This document shows, one piece after another, positions 8,106 to 15,563 of a stretch of DNA of 52,115 bases (position 1 is the first letter of the stretch; each line of letters begins with the position of its first letter). Source of the DNA: a virus (Duplodnaviria > Caudoviricetes); the IMG/VR virus record IMGVR_UViG_3300020045_004852, positions 1 to 52,115 of that record, one strand, 5' to 3'. The position numbers and the translations under genes were made by a program. The notes below the pieces were generated by a model. The model was not told the DNA's origin, ran no database searches, and saw only the letters and a program-made list of their open reading frames with translations.

Positions 8106-8108
8106 AAG

Positions 8109-8744
8109 ATGAAAATGGAAACGAAAAAAACACGCGCAAGCTGGCCTATGAAGGACTGGGAAGTCCGGGCGATTCGTGAGGGACGCAAGACGCAATCGCG
8201 GCAGATCGTAAAGCCTCAGCCAACACTGTTCACGCCGTCACCGTCCACCGGATGCGGCCCGTTTTACCAACAGAAAGGCCGTGAGTTTTTCATGGATGGC
8301 GCCAGTGCGGCAATGAATTGCCCCTACGGCCAGCCCGGCGACCGGCTCTGGGTGCGCGAGACATGGAGCAGCGACTTTGCCAAGCACTACCCGCACGACT
8401 GCGTCTGGTATGCAGCCGACGACGACCGGAAAAAAGATATTACAGTGCGCAACGGCGTGCGTGGCATCTTCAGCCCTGAGAATCAAGAGCATGTGCCCTT
8501 CAGGTGGCGCCCCAGCATCCACATGCCGCGCTGGGCCTCCCGCATCACACTGGAAATCGTCAGTGTGCGCGCGGAGCGGTTGCAGGACATCAGCGAGGCG
8601 GATGCGCTGGCCGAGGGAATTACGCACATCACAATGAACGCCCCGCGCATTGAATATCGATGGCTATGGGGAAATATTAAAGGCTCCAACTCATGGGATG
8701 CAAACCCGTGGGTCTGGGTTCCAGAATTTAAAGTCGTGAAATAA
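8109..8744 (+). CDS. ASCH/PUA-like phage protein
   Basis: AIREGRKTQSR, CPYGQPGDRLWVRETW, WRPSIHMPRWASRITLEI and NPWVWV motifs of a widespread phage family. Confidence 0.85.
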   Translation: MKMETKKTRASWPMKDWEVRAIREGRKTQSRQIVKPQPTLFTPSPSTGCGPFYQQKGREFFMDGASAAMNCPYGQPGDRLWVRETWSSDFAKHYPHDCVWYAADDDRKKDITVRNGVRGIFSPENQEHVPFRWRPSIHMPRWASRITLEIVSVRAERLQDISEADALAEGITHITMNAPRIEYRWLWGNIKGSNSWDANPWVWVPEFKVVK

Positions 8745-8758
8745 ACCGAAAGCAGAAA

Positions 8759-8980
8759 ATGAAAATCACAATCGACCAGCTTATCAAAAAACTTGAAGAA
8801 CTGAAGTCCAGTCCTGGTTGTTCTGGAGATACGCCTGTTTTTCTCAAAAAATCGCCATATTGGGCACACGACCTGCACGATATAAAAACTAGGAGCATTT
8901 CAAAAAATGATTTTGAACGCGGGAAAGGAAGTTACGATTTTGTTTCAAATCGCGGCGTCAAAGTCGTGATTATTGAATAG
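8759..8980 (+). CDS. Hypothetical protein
   Basis: AT-rich ORF in operon position. Confidence 0.65.
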   Translation: MKITIDQLIKKLEELKSSPGCSGDTPVFLKKSPYWAHDLHDIKTRSISKNDFERGKGSYDFVSNRGVKVVIIE

Positions 8981-9039
8981 CCTTATCCACAAACAACAAA
9001 GCTTGGTTTATTACACAACAACCGACCAACTGGATAAAA

Positions 9040-9354
9040 ATGGAACTCAAACAAAACGACCGAGAGCGCCTGCAAGACTTGGTTCAGCGCGGGGAAATAA
9101 CCGCCGATCAAGCAAACATCGAAAAGATTCGAATGCAGCGGGTGCAACTTGTCACCGGACGGATTCCTGCGCAGGTGCGTAAAGCGCTTAATGATGCTGT
9201 AAAGCGTGGCGAGCTGAGGCACATGAAGAGGGATGGCCGCAAGCCGGAAGCCTACTATCACCCAACATTTGAGAGTTTCGCTAAGCACGAACGATGCGAG
9301 CATGAGCGCAGCATTATTAAGGCATTGGCCCGCATAGTGGCACCACCCTATTGA
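9040..9354 (+). CDS. Hypothetical protein
   Basis: GGA RBS; followed by a terminator. Confidence 0.7.
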   Translation: MELKQNDRERLQDLVQRGEITADQANIEKIRMQRVQLVTGRIPAQVRKALNDAVKRGELRHMKRDGRKPEAYYHPTFESFAKHERCEHERSIIKALARIVAPPY

Positions 9355-9392
9355 GTTTTGCGAATAGCGGGCGCCTGCCGACCTCAAACAAC

Positions 9393-9418
9393 AAAGCCCG
9401 GCACAGACCGGGCTTTTT
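9393..9418. terminator. Bidirectional terminator between convergent operons
   Basis: aaagcccgg-cacaga-ccgggcttttt. Confidence 0.85.
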
Positions 9419-9432
9419 AATGCGCTCTTGGA

Positions 9433-9759
9433 TCACAGCTTTGCGCGCAATGCAAGCCAGACCCGTCGCCACCACGGCAGCGCATTCAACCGCGTCATCA
9501 GCTCGCCATGATATTGCGCCGCAGCCGCGTAAATCGGCGCCTCAACAGCCTGGCGAATATCCGACGGGAGAACGAAAAAACTGCCGTCGGGCAGCTCGAT
9601 AATTTCATCCATCCGCATTTGCTCGACGCCGATTAGTGCGTCGCCGCTGGGCAAATGGTGTGCAGGCGGCGCGCCCGGCTGGCTGGCCGCAGTCCAGCCG
9701 TCTGCCAACATCACGATCTGGCTTGTGTCGCTGATTCGGCGCAGTGTGACGGGCCTCAT
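9433..9759 (-). CDS. Hypothetical protein
   Basis: ATGA-coupled to the upstream gene; ends in LPWWRRVW. Confidence 0.7.
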   Translation of the reverse strand: MRPVTLRRISDTSQIVMLADGWTAASQPGAPPAHHLPSGDALIGVEQMRMDEIIELPDGSFFVLPSDIRQAVEAPIYAAAAQYHGELMTRLNALPWWRRVWLALRAKL

Positions 9760-10868
9760 GCCCGCACCCAGCCCTTCCCGCTTGCCCGCTTGACGATCAC
9801 ACCATCAGCAGCAAGCTGGGATAGATACCCCTCAGCCGTCTCTTGACCACACCCAGCGAACAACTTGATCGCACCTTGTGATGGTTTGCACTCGCCCGAC
9901 TCAATCGCGGCCCTGAGCCCGGCGGGCACCTGACGCACCTTCGCACTCGCCTCTTTTTGCACTTGCACCCGCTCGGGCACCGAATGCACTTTTTGCACCT
10001 GCGCAGGTGCATCCGCTGGGGCTGGAGGTGTAACTGGCGCTGGCTGGGCAGCGGGGCGCCCAACAAAAGCACGCCCCGACTGCCCAGAAAAACGGCTGCG
10101 CAGGTGTATCCCTGCGAACGTCACGGGTGTGATTTTTCGACGCACTTTTGCTGCTGGCTGGCGCACCTGCGGCGTGTCGGGTGCATCGTCGCCCTGCAAG
10201 CCCAAGCGCACCAGCGCACCACCGGCACCCAGGAACACCACGCCGCCCAGTGCGATTAAGCCACCCCGGACGATCACATAAGCCAGCGCGGCGCGTTCGC
10301 CAAGCATGCCTACCAGCGTGGGGCGCACTGCATTGCGCGCCGCTGAAATTTGAATGTAAAGCGGCGCAGTTTTTGCGCGTTCAGCCGCCGCCAGTGCATC
10401 GAACGGGGCGGCCTTTGTTGGCTTACCGTTCGTCCGCATAACCGCTGCCGTAGCTGCGTAGCTGGCCGCCTGCGCCTCGATTTGAGCGACTTGGTGCTGG
10501 AGGTCAGCCAGATCACCCACGACCGCACCTTGCGCCATGACTGCGCCCGTGGCCATCGCCATCTGCACACTGATAATCGTGGCGATTTCCAGCAGCATGA
10601 CAGCACTGGAAAACGCACCCAGTGCCCATCGGCGCGCCCAGAGCTGGGCTTCGGTCATCAGCGCAGCCAGGCCGAACGCAGCCATGCCAAGCACCACCAA
10701 CAGCATAGCTGCACTGGTAGCCAGCGTGCGGATTGTTGGATCGGTCTCCAGCGCCGCCGCGCCGTGCGCAAAATACTGGAGCGTAATGCTCGACGCCCAC
10801 ACGCCAGCGGCGACGCATGGGACTGATAATGCGAGATATGCCCAGCGGGGCAACTTTTGGTTAATCAT
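9756..10868 (-). CDS. Multi-pass membrane protein with coiled coil and C-terminal HTH-like domain
   Basis: Three N-terminal hydrophobic helices, a coiled coil, a fourth TM, a Pro-rich linker, then KPSQGAIKLFAGCGQETAEGYLSQLAADGVI. Confidence 0.8.
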   Translation of the reverse strand: MINQKLPRWAYLALSVPCVAAGVWASSITLQYFAHGAAALETDPTIRTLATSAAMLLVVLGMAAFGLAALMTEAQLWARRWALGAFSSAVMLLEIATIISVQMAMATGAVMAQGAVVGDLADLQHQVAQIEAQAASYAATAAVMRTNGKPTKAAPFDALAAAERAKTAPLYIQISAARNAVRPTLVGMLGERAALAYVIVRGGLIALGGVVFLGAGGALVRLGLQGDDAPDTPQVRQPAAKVRRKITPVTFAGIHLRSRFSGQSGRAFVGRPAAQPAPVTPPAPADAPAQVQKVHSVPERVQVQKEASAKVRQVPAGLRAAIESGECKPSQGAIKLFAGCGQETAEGYLSQLAADGVIVKRASGKGWVRA

Positions 10869-10894
10869 TTTCAAACCCCCACGGTAAACCTGAT

Positions 10895-11053
10895 TTAATT
10901 CGCGCCAGTGCAAACCATGCGCGTGACATTAATGCCGATAACAACACTGGCGACATAAAACAGCGCGAAGCCTATCTCATAATCTCCAGTGCAGATAAAA
11001 CGAATCCCGCCAATCGCTACGATTAGCAGGATTATGGTAAAGCCTGTTAGCAT
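10895..11053 (-). CDS. 52-aa two-TM membrane peptide
   Basis: Hand-translated MLTGFTIILLIVAIGGIRFICTGDYEIGFALFYVASVVIGINVTRMVCTGAN; AGGA RBS; below the ORF-track cutoff. Confidence 0.65.
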   Translation of the reverse strand: MLTGFTIILLIVAIGGIRFICTGDYEIGFALFYVASVVIGINVTRMVCTGAN

Positions 11054-11057
11054 TTTC

Positions 11058-11213
11058 CTAGATGAACAGGATTATGGCGGCGCATCCGGCCAACATGCAC
11101 AAACTGACAGCGATAAAAAGCGCGCCTAGTTCGTCATTGCCATCGACGCCATCCATCAGCATTGACACCCCGGCAGCAAAAAAGAAAATGGCGGCGGTTA
11201 TCACGGCGATCAT
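11058..11213 (-). CDS. 51-aa two-TM membrane peptide
   Basis: Hand-translated MIAVITAAIFFFAAGVSMLMDGVDGNDELGALFIAVSLCMLAGCAAIILFI; ATGA overlap with the upstream stop. Confidence 0.7.
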   Translation of the reverse strand: MIAVITAAIFFFAAGVSMLMDGVDGNDELGALFIAVSLCMLAGCAAIILFI

Positions 11214-11569
11214 GCTGCACTCCCGGTGGCTTTTGCAATGACGGCACGAACTTTGTCGATTGTCAAATCTTCCCCATCTTCAAGATCTGCCCCGTACCCA
11301 TCAACCCCCAAGTTAAAATTCACCAATTGCAGTACCGCCAACAACTCTGATTTCTCCGATTCAAGCGCATCAATACGAACACCAGCAGCCTTTGCAGTTG
11401 CCCGGCGAATACTTTTAACCACAATTTCTTCGCGCAAAGTCAAAAACTCGTGATTTTTCCCGGCTGGTATCGGGGCGCTACAGCTTACAAGGTGTCGCAT
11501 TTCATCGTCTGGCAGCAATGATTTTGCTAGCGCATCGGCGATGGCCTGATCTTTAAGATAGTTATTCAT
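11210..11569 (-). CDS. Hypothetical protein
   Basis: ATGA-coupled; phage-typical C-terminus VRAVIAKATG. Confidence 0.75.
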   Translation of the reverse strand: MNNYLKDQAIADALAKSLLPDDEMRHLVSCSAPIPAGKNHEFLTLREEIVVKSIRRATAKAAGVRIDALESEKSELLAVLQLVNFNLGVDGYGADLEDGEDLTIDKVRAVIAKATGSAA

Positions 11570-11931
11570 GCCGCACTCCCTTTAGCCGCAGCCAGCGCAA
11601 CTCGGCCAGCCTCGATCTCAACTTGGCCCAGGCGCTGCGCATCATCGGCTTCGATGATTTTTTCAAGCGCATCCATCAGCTCGACGTTGTGATGATTCAG
11701 TGCCCGGATGCGTCGCGCCCGAGTCTTGCCGCGCTCATTGAGCTGGCCGCAGTATTTGTTCATCGAGCGCGACAGGAGCCCTGCCATGCTGCAAATATGC
11801 ATTAGCTGGCCGTGTGTCGGCTTTGGGTTGCGCATCGCCAGCGCGATAGCCTCGGCGACTTCGCCAGCGCGCTGGAGTAGCGCGTCTTTTTCTGCTGGCG
11901 TCAGCAGGAGTGGTTGAGATTCTTGGGTCAC
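11566..11931 (-). CDS. Hypothetical protein
   Basis: Probable GTG start; ELMDALEKI...ALAAAKG C-terminal module. Confidence 0.7.
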   Translation of the reverse strand: MTQESQPLLLTPAEKDALLQRAGEVAEAIALAMRNPKPTHGQLMHICSMAGLLSRSMNKYCGQLNERGKTRARRIRALNHHNVELMDALEKIIEADDAQRLGQVEIEAGRVALAAAKGSAA

Positions 11932-12084
11932 AGCAACTTCTTTCAAAAGTTGCCCGCGCCGGGATTGGGCGGGCGGATGAGAAAGCAGGTGCATGTCCTG
12001 TGCCGGTAGTTACCATCCGGCCATCCGCCCAAAACTGGGTGCCGGTCTGACGTGCCGGTTACGCTTGCAATGCTTTCAAACATC

Positions 12085-12130
12085 GTGACTGGATTATATC
12101 GTGTAAAATTGTGGCTTCGCAAACTTTTTT
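12085..12130. promoter_or_regulatory. Second pair of divergent promoters
   Basis: Leftward TTGCGA-N18-TATAAT and a rightward TAAAAT in an AT-rich gap between divergent operons. Confidence 0.55.
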
Positions 12131-12142
12131 TTGGAAATCATC

Positions 12143-12484
12143 ATGAACTATTCCACCGCAGAATCAAAAACCGTTTCCAGTGCAAAACTTAAGACGCGCC
12201 ATTCCAACGCGCCAGATCAACCTCCTGCACCAGATCAATCGCCAATTTCAAAGCAAATCGACTGCATTCAGCAGCAACTTGACAGCATGGGCCGTCAAAT
12301 CGGCGCGCTGATTGACGCCACACGAAGCGTCCTGTCGTCAGACCCGCGCAACAGCGCGTCAGACACGGCTAGCGAATCGAACCCCGTTTCGTGCGCCCTT
12401 GAGGGAGAGCTGTCGGAGTTTTCCCGAAGGCTGGAAATCCAGATCGAACTCCTGTCGGCGGTGACTCGCAACGTCCAACTTTGA
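12143..12484 (+). CDS. Hypothetical coiled-coil protein
   Basis: GGA RBS; first gene of the putative anti-defence operon. Confidence 0.7.
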   Translation: MNYSTAESKTVSSAKLKTRHSNAPDQPPAPDQSPISKQIDCIQQQLDSMGRQIGALIDATRSVLSSDPRNSASDTASESNPVSCALEGELSEFSRRLEIQIELLSAVTRNVQL

Positions 12485-12499
12485 CTTTTTGGAAATAAA

Positions 12500-12793
12500 A
12501 TGCCAGCCGCTGACAAACAAATCCATCCCAAGGTCTTGGCCGTGCCGCGTGTGACGCCCATCGACATCGAGGGAAATATCGTCCACACCGAAATCGTGAC
12601 GCACGTCACGTCGTCCGGCCAGACCCTGCGTTGGGCCGTGCTGACGCTGCAAAACGGCTATGCTGTCACGGGTGCGCCGTCGTATGAGATCGACGAGGAA
12701 ATCGGCAGAGAATACGCCATCATCAACGCCAAAGAAGCCATGTTTCCGCTAATGGCCTACGCGCTCAAACAGCGCCTGCACGACGCCAAGTAA
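12500..12793 (+). CDS. Gp49-family (Phage_gp49_66-like) protein, copy 1
   Basis: PRVTPIDIE...LTLQNGYAVTG...DEEIGREYA..NA...MFPLMAYALKQRLH. Confidence 0.85.
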   Translation: MPAADKQIHPKVLAVPRVTPIDIEGNIVHTEIVTHVTSSGQTLRWAVLTLQNGYAVTGAPSYEIDEEIGREYAIINAKEAMFPLMAYALKQRLHDAK

Positions 12794-12796
12794 ACC

Positions 12797-13075
12797 ATGA
12801 ACCTGATTCAAGCCCTGCCACCGCCATCACCGCAGAACACGCGGTTTATCGAATCAGAGCGCGACTACGACACCGTTGCGCAAGTCCAAGCGATCTACGA
12901 TGCTGGCGGCCCGCGCTTTCGCGTAACTGAATCCGCGTGCTTTGCTGAGTTGTACGCAATACACCGGCTGCAATTCGGCGGCGCACGATCAGCACTTTTC
13001 CGCGCAGCAGTAGAGCGGTTGAAGCTGGCTATGGCCGAACACCTGGCCATCATCAACCCCATCGACAACGACTGA
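12797..13075 (+). CDS. Hypothetical protein
   Basis: 92-aa ORF starting 3 nt after the previous stop. Confidence 0.65.
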   Translation: MNLIQALPPPSPQNTRFIESERDYDTVAQVQAIYDAGGPRFRVTESACFAELYAIHRLQFGGARSALFRAAVERLKLAMAEHLAIINPIDND

Positions 13076-13113
13076 TACAATTCCGTCTCCACAAACTTTC
13101 TGGAAAAATTTAA

Positions 13114-13560
13114 ATGCAACAGTACATCGGCACCAAAATCATCAAAGCCAAACCCATGACGCGCCAGGCGTACAACGACCTGCGGGGCTGGGCGCTGCCC
13201 GCTGACGAAAACGGGGCTGACGACGGCTACCTGGTCGAGTACACCGACGGCGGAAAAGCCAATCATGACGACTTCGATGGCTACATCAGCTGGTCGCCGA
13301 AAGAGCAGTTTGACAATGCTTACCAAGCCACGGATGGCCTAACCTTTGGCTTGGCCGCAGATGCCACAAAGAAGGGCGCCAAGGTGCAGCGCGCTGGCTG
13401 GAACGGCAAAGGCATGCATGCCGAATATGTCGGCGCCGGGACATTCAATGGCGCACCCATGAACCCCTACTGGGTCATCAAAAACCCGGATGGCAGTTAC
13501 TCGACGTGGGCACCGAGCGGCTCTGACTCGCTGGCCACCGATTACATGATCGTCGCGTAA
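13114..13560 (+). CDS. DUF2829 / Tad2-like protein with an extra N-terminal YIGTK domain
   Basis: C-terminal LTFGLA...KVQRAGWNGKGM...WAPSGSDSLATDY; N-terminal YIGTKIIKAKPM...GYLVEY...SWSPKEQFDNAY. Confidence 0.85.
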   Translation: MQQYIGTKIIKAKPMTRQAYNDLRGWALPADENGADDGYLVEYTDGGKANHDDFDGYISWSPKEQFDNAYQATDGLTFGLAADATKKGAKVQRAGWNGKGMHAEYVGAGTFNGAPMNPYWVIKNPDGSYSTWAPSGSDSLATDYMIVA

Positions 13561-13583
13561 GCAAAAAACCAGGATAAACCAAA

Positions 13584-13956
13584 ATGCCCGACAACGAAAT
13601 TGAAAACGAAATCCAGGCCAAAGGCTTGACCGCGCCGCGTGCTCGCTGCAGATATTGAGGTGAATATCTGCAGCGAGCACTATTTTACAGCCGCCGATGG
13701 TGTTTTTGGCGTCGCCGTGAATGATGGCGGTGTTCCTGCTGGTTACGCGCTCGATGAGCCAGCATCCCTGCACCTCCTGACCTTCTGCGTCCTTGTCCTG
13801 CGCAACGGCTTCACTGTGACCGGCGAGTCGGCTTGCGTCAGCCCGGAAAACTTTGACGCGGAGCTGGTGCGCAAGCGCGCCCGCAAAAATGCCATCGATA
13901 AGTTGCATCCCTTGATGGCCTACGCGCTCAAACAGCGCATGCACGACGCCAAGTAG
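13584..13956 (+). pseudogene. Gp49-family protein, copy 2, frameshifted near 13640 (or expressed from GTG 13639)
   Basis: ATG 13584 gives MPDNEIENEIQAKGLTAPR and then goes out of frame; the +1 frame has ADIEVNI...LRNGFTVTGESACVSPENFDAE. Confidence 0.7.
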
Positions 13957-13975
13957 GTCGCCCGGTGCCCGCAAG

Positions 13976-14000
13976 AGCCGCCCACTGAGGCGGCTTTTTT
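13976..14000 (+). terminator. Rho-independent terminator
   Basis: agccgcc...ggcggct stem plus T-tract. Confidence 0.85.
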
Positions 14001-14111
14001 GCGCCTGTTCGCTTGCAACCCATTGATCCAAAAGCAAAACGCGAATTCGCGCTTTGGCCGCCGCGCACCGCCGGGCCGCCCGCCAATCTGGTGGAATTCC
14101 ACCGAATTAGA

Positions 14112-14178
14112 ACCGGCGTGCTGGCCACCGGCGTGCTGGCCACCGGCGTGCTGGCCACCGGCGTGCTGGCCACCGGCG
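14112..14178. repeat. 15-bp tandem repeat ACCGGCGTGCTGGCC, four full copies plus 7 nt
   Basis: Perfect intergenic copies seen directly. Confidence 0.95.
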
Positions 14179-14229
14179 GGTTTTTCCTGCTTCGCGGAAA
14201 AACCCTTGCTTAGCCTGGTGCGAAACCGC

Positions 14230-14258
14230 TTGCCAGCCGTGAGTGCTGGGGGTAAAAT
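14230..14258 (+). promoter_or_regulatory. Sigma70 promoter for c4-like RNA 1 and the antirepressor operon
   Basis: TTGCCA-N17-TAAAAT. Confidence 0.75.
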
Positions 14259-14263
14259 GTCAT

Positions 14264-14391
14264 CGCTGCAATATTTTTTGCAGCACCGGCTTGGACTCCG
14301 GTTTCACAGCGGGGCTATGCCTGCAACCTGGCGGAATTGTGCCGTTAGTCCAAATCCCGAAAGGGAAGGTTGCAGGTATAGCCTTTTTTTT
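14264..14391 (+). ncRNA. c4-type antisense RNA 1 with upstream a1/b1 target leader
   Basis: 17-bp outer stem 14313-14329/14367-14383, hairpin loop AATTGTG, linker AGTCCAA, GAAA tetraloop hairpin, U8; complementary TTGGACT and CACAG lie upstream. Confidence 0.8.
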
Positions 14392-14399
14392 GGCTAAAT

Positions 14400-14987
14400 A
14401 TGAGCTTCAATCAAATTTTTGGGTTAACTCCAGTTAACCGAACGGCGTCCCTTGTCACTTCTCAGCGCGGCGCTGCACAAGAAGATGGCTCGATGGGCAA
14501 GGACGAGTTAATGGCCATGCTCAAACTCATGGAGCGCAAGAGTCGGCTACTGAAAAGAGTGCTGGCTATCGGCACAAAATCCCAACACAACAACGCAAAA
14601 CGCCGATTTAAAAAAGGCATCAGCAGCAAATTCAGGGATTCGCGGGCACTGGCCGAATACACGCGGCTGGGCGATCAGATGCAAATTTTCTATCGGAGAA
14701 TTGCCGAGATTCAAGCCGCAGCAAACGAGATCATGGCCACGACAAAAGCCCATCGCCGCCTTATCGCCGATCAGCTCCAAACAGCTATTTCAGCCGAAGG
14801 TGTAGAGGGTGATTTGCGTAAGTGGGTGCTAAAGCGTGACGGTTACCAGTGTTTGACCTGTTGCCTGCCGAGAGCGCCAAACCAGAACCTGCTGGCCGCC
14901 CGCATTACCCAATCAGGCGAAGCTGTAGCGGAAAACCTGCAAACAATCTGCCTGGCCTGCTGGGAATCAGCGGCAAGTCAAAAATAA
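14400..14987 (+). CDS. Protein with a degenerate C-terminal HNH-like zinc domain (start 14400 or 14493)
   Basis: RKWVLKRDGYQCLTC...ENLQTICLAC matches the HNH scaffold but lacks the catalytic His. Confidence 0.7.
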   Translation: MSFNQIFGLTPVNRTASLVTSQRGAAQEDGSMGKDELMAMLKLMERKSRLLKRVLAIGTKSQHNNAKRRFKKGISSKFRDSRALAEYTRLGDQMQIFYRRIAEIQAAANEIMATTKAHRRLIADQLQTAISAEGVEGDLRKWVLKRDGYQCLTCCLPRAPNQNLLAARITQSGEAVAENLQTICLACWESAASQK

Positions 14988-15020
14988 AAAGGTGGCGTGG
15001 CCGCACCTTCTATCGGCCAC

Positions 15021-15046
15021 AAAAAAGCCCGCGTGCAAGGCGGGCT
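15021..15046 (-). terminator. Terminator oriented against the local gene direction
   Basis: A6 followed by a gcccgc/gcgggc stem; U-tract only on the minus strand. Confidence 0.6.
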
Positions 15047-15068
15047 GATTTGAAGCAAGGAAACGAAA

Positions 15069-15554
15069 ATGAAGAACCCTATTGTACCTCATGGCGCGAC
15101 AGTCGCAACCATGACCAGCCGAGAAATCGCGGAACTGACGGGAAAGCAACATCAGCACGTCAAACGTGACATTGAAGGCATGCTTGCGGTTACAGAATTT
15201 GCAAGCCATTGCACGCAAGCGCCCTACCAAGACAGCATGAACCGACCGCAGCAGGAATTCATTCTGCATGGTGCGTTTGTTGGCTTGATTCTTGAAAAAT
15301 ACAAGGGTTTGGCGCGAGTCCCGAACCGACTCCAAGAGGATGCCGCACTCAAAACCATTGAGCAACTGCTGGGCATCCAGTTAATCCGGCAGTTTTCCGT
15401 CTTGTCGTATCGAATTGATGGCTATCACGCTGCAACAAATACAGCCTACGAAATTGACGAGCCGGAGCACAAATCCCGAAAAAAACAGGACGCCATCCGT
15501 CAGCGGGAAATTGAGGCGGCCATCGGCTGTACGTTCGTTCGAATCAGCCTGTAA
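15069..15554 (+). CDS. Rha-family N-terminal domain fused to a DUF559/Vsr-like nuclease domain
   Basis: TMTSREIAELTGKQHQHVKRDIE; C-terminal RQFSV..YRIDGY....AYEIDE.EH.....D..RQ..I....C.FVRI. Confidence 0.8.
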   Translation: MKNPIVPHGATVATMTSREIAELTGKQHQHVKRDIEGMLAVTEFASHCTQAPYQDSMNRPQQEFILHGAFVGLILEKYKGLARVPNRLQEDAALKTIEQLLGIQLIRQFSVLSYRIDGYHAATNTAYEIDEPEHKSRKKQDAIRQREIEAAIGCTFVRISL

Positions 15555-15563
15555 GGAGCCATC

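Noticed and set aside
6906-8195. Long minus-strand ORFs over the methyltransferase as additional coding layers
   Set aside because: No motifs, RBS or coupling; long antisense ORFs are expected opposite GC-rich, doubly stop-free sequence.
8983-8991. Perfect DnaA box TTATCCACA
   Set aside because: Single copy, far from the iteron origin; one 9-mer in 52 kb is plausible by chance.
14313-14391. c4-like elements as simple Rho-independent terminators
   Set aside because: The stems enclose two internal hairpins, and the seeds co-vary with upstream sites in both copies, which a plain terminator does not explain.
13928-14397. ORFs with PVAST, PPACW or TGVLA repeats
   Set aside because: By-products of a stop-free 15-bp repeat, with no RBS, and they overlap a terminator, a promoter or the c4-like RNA.
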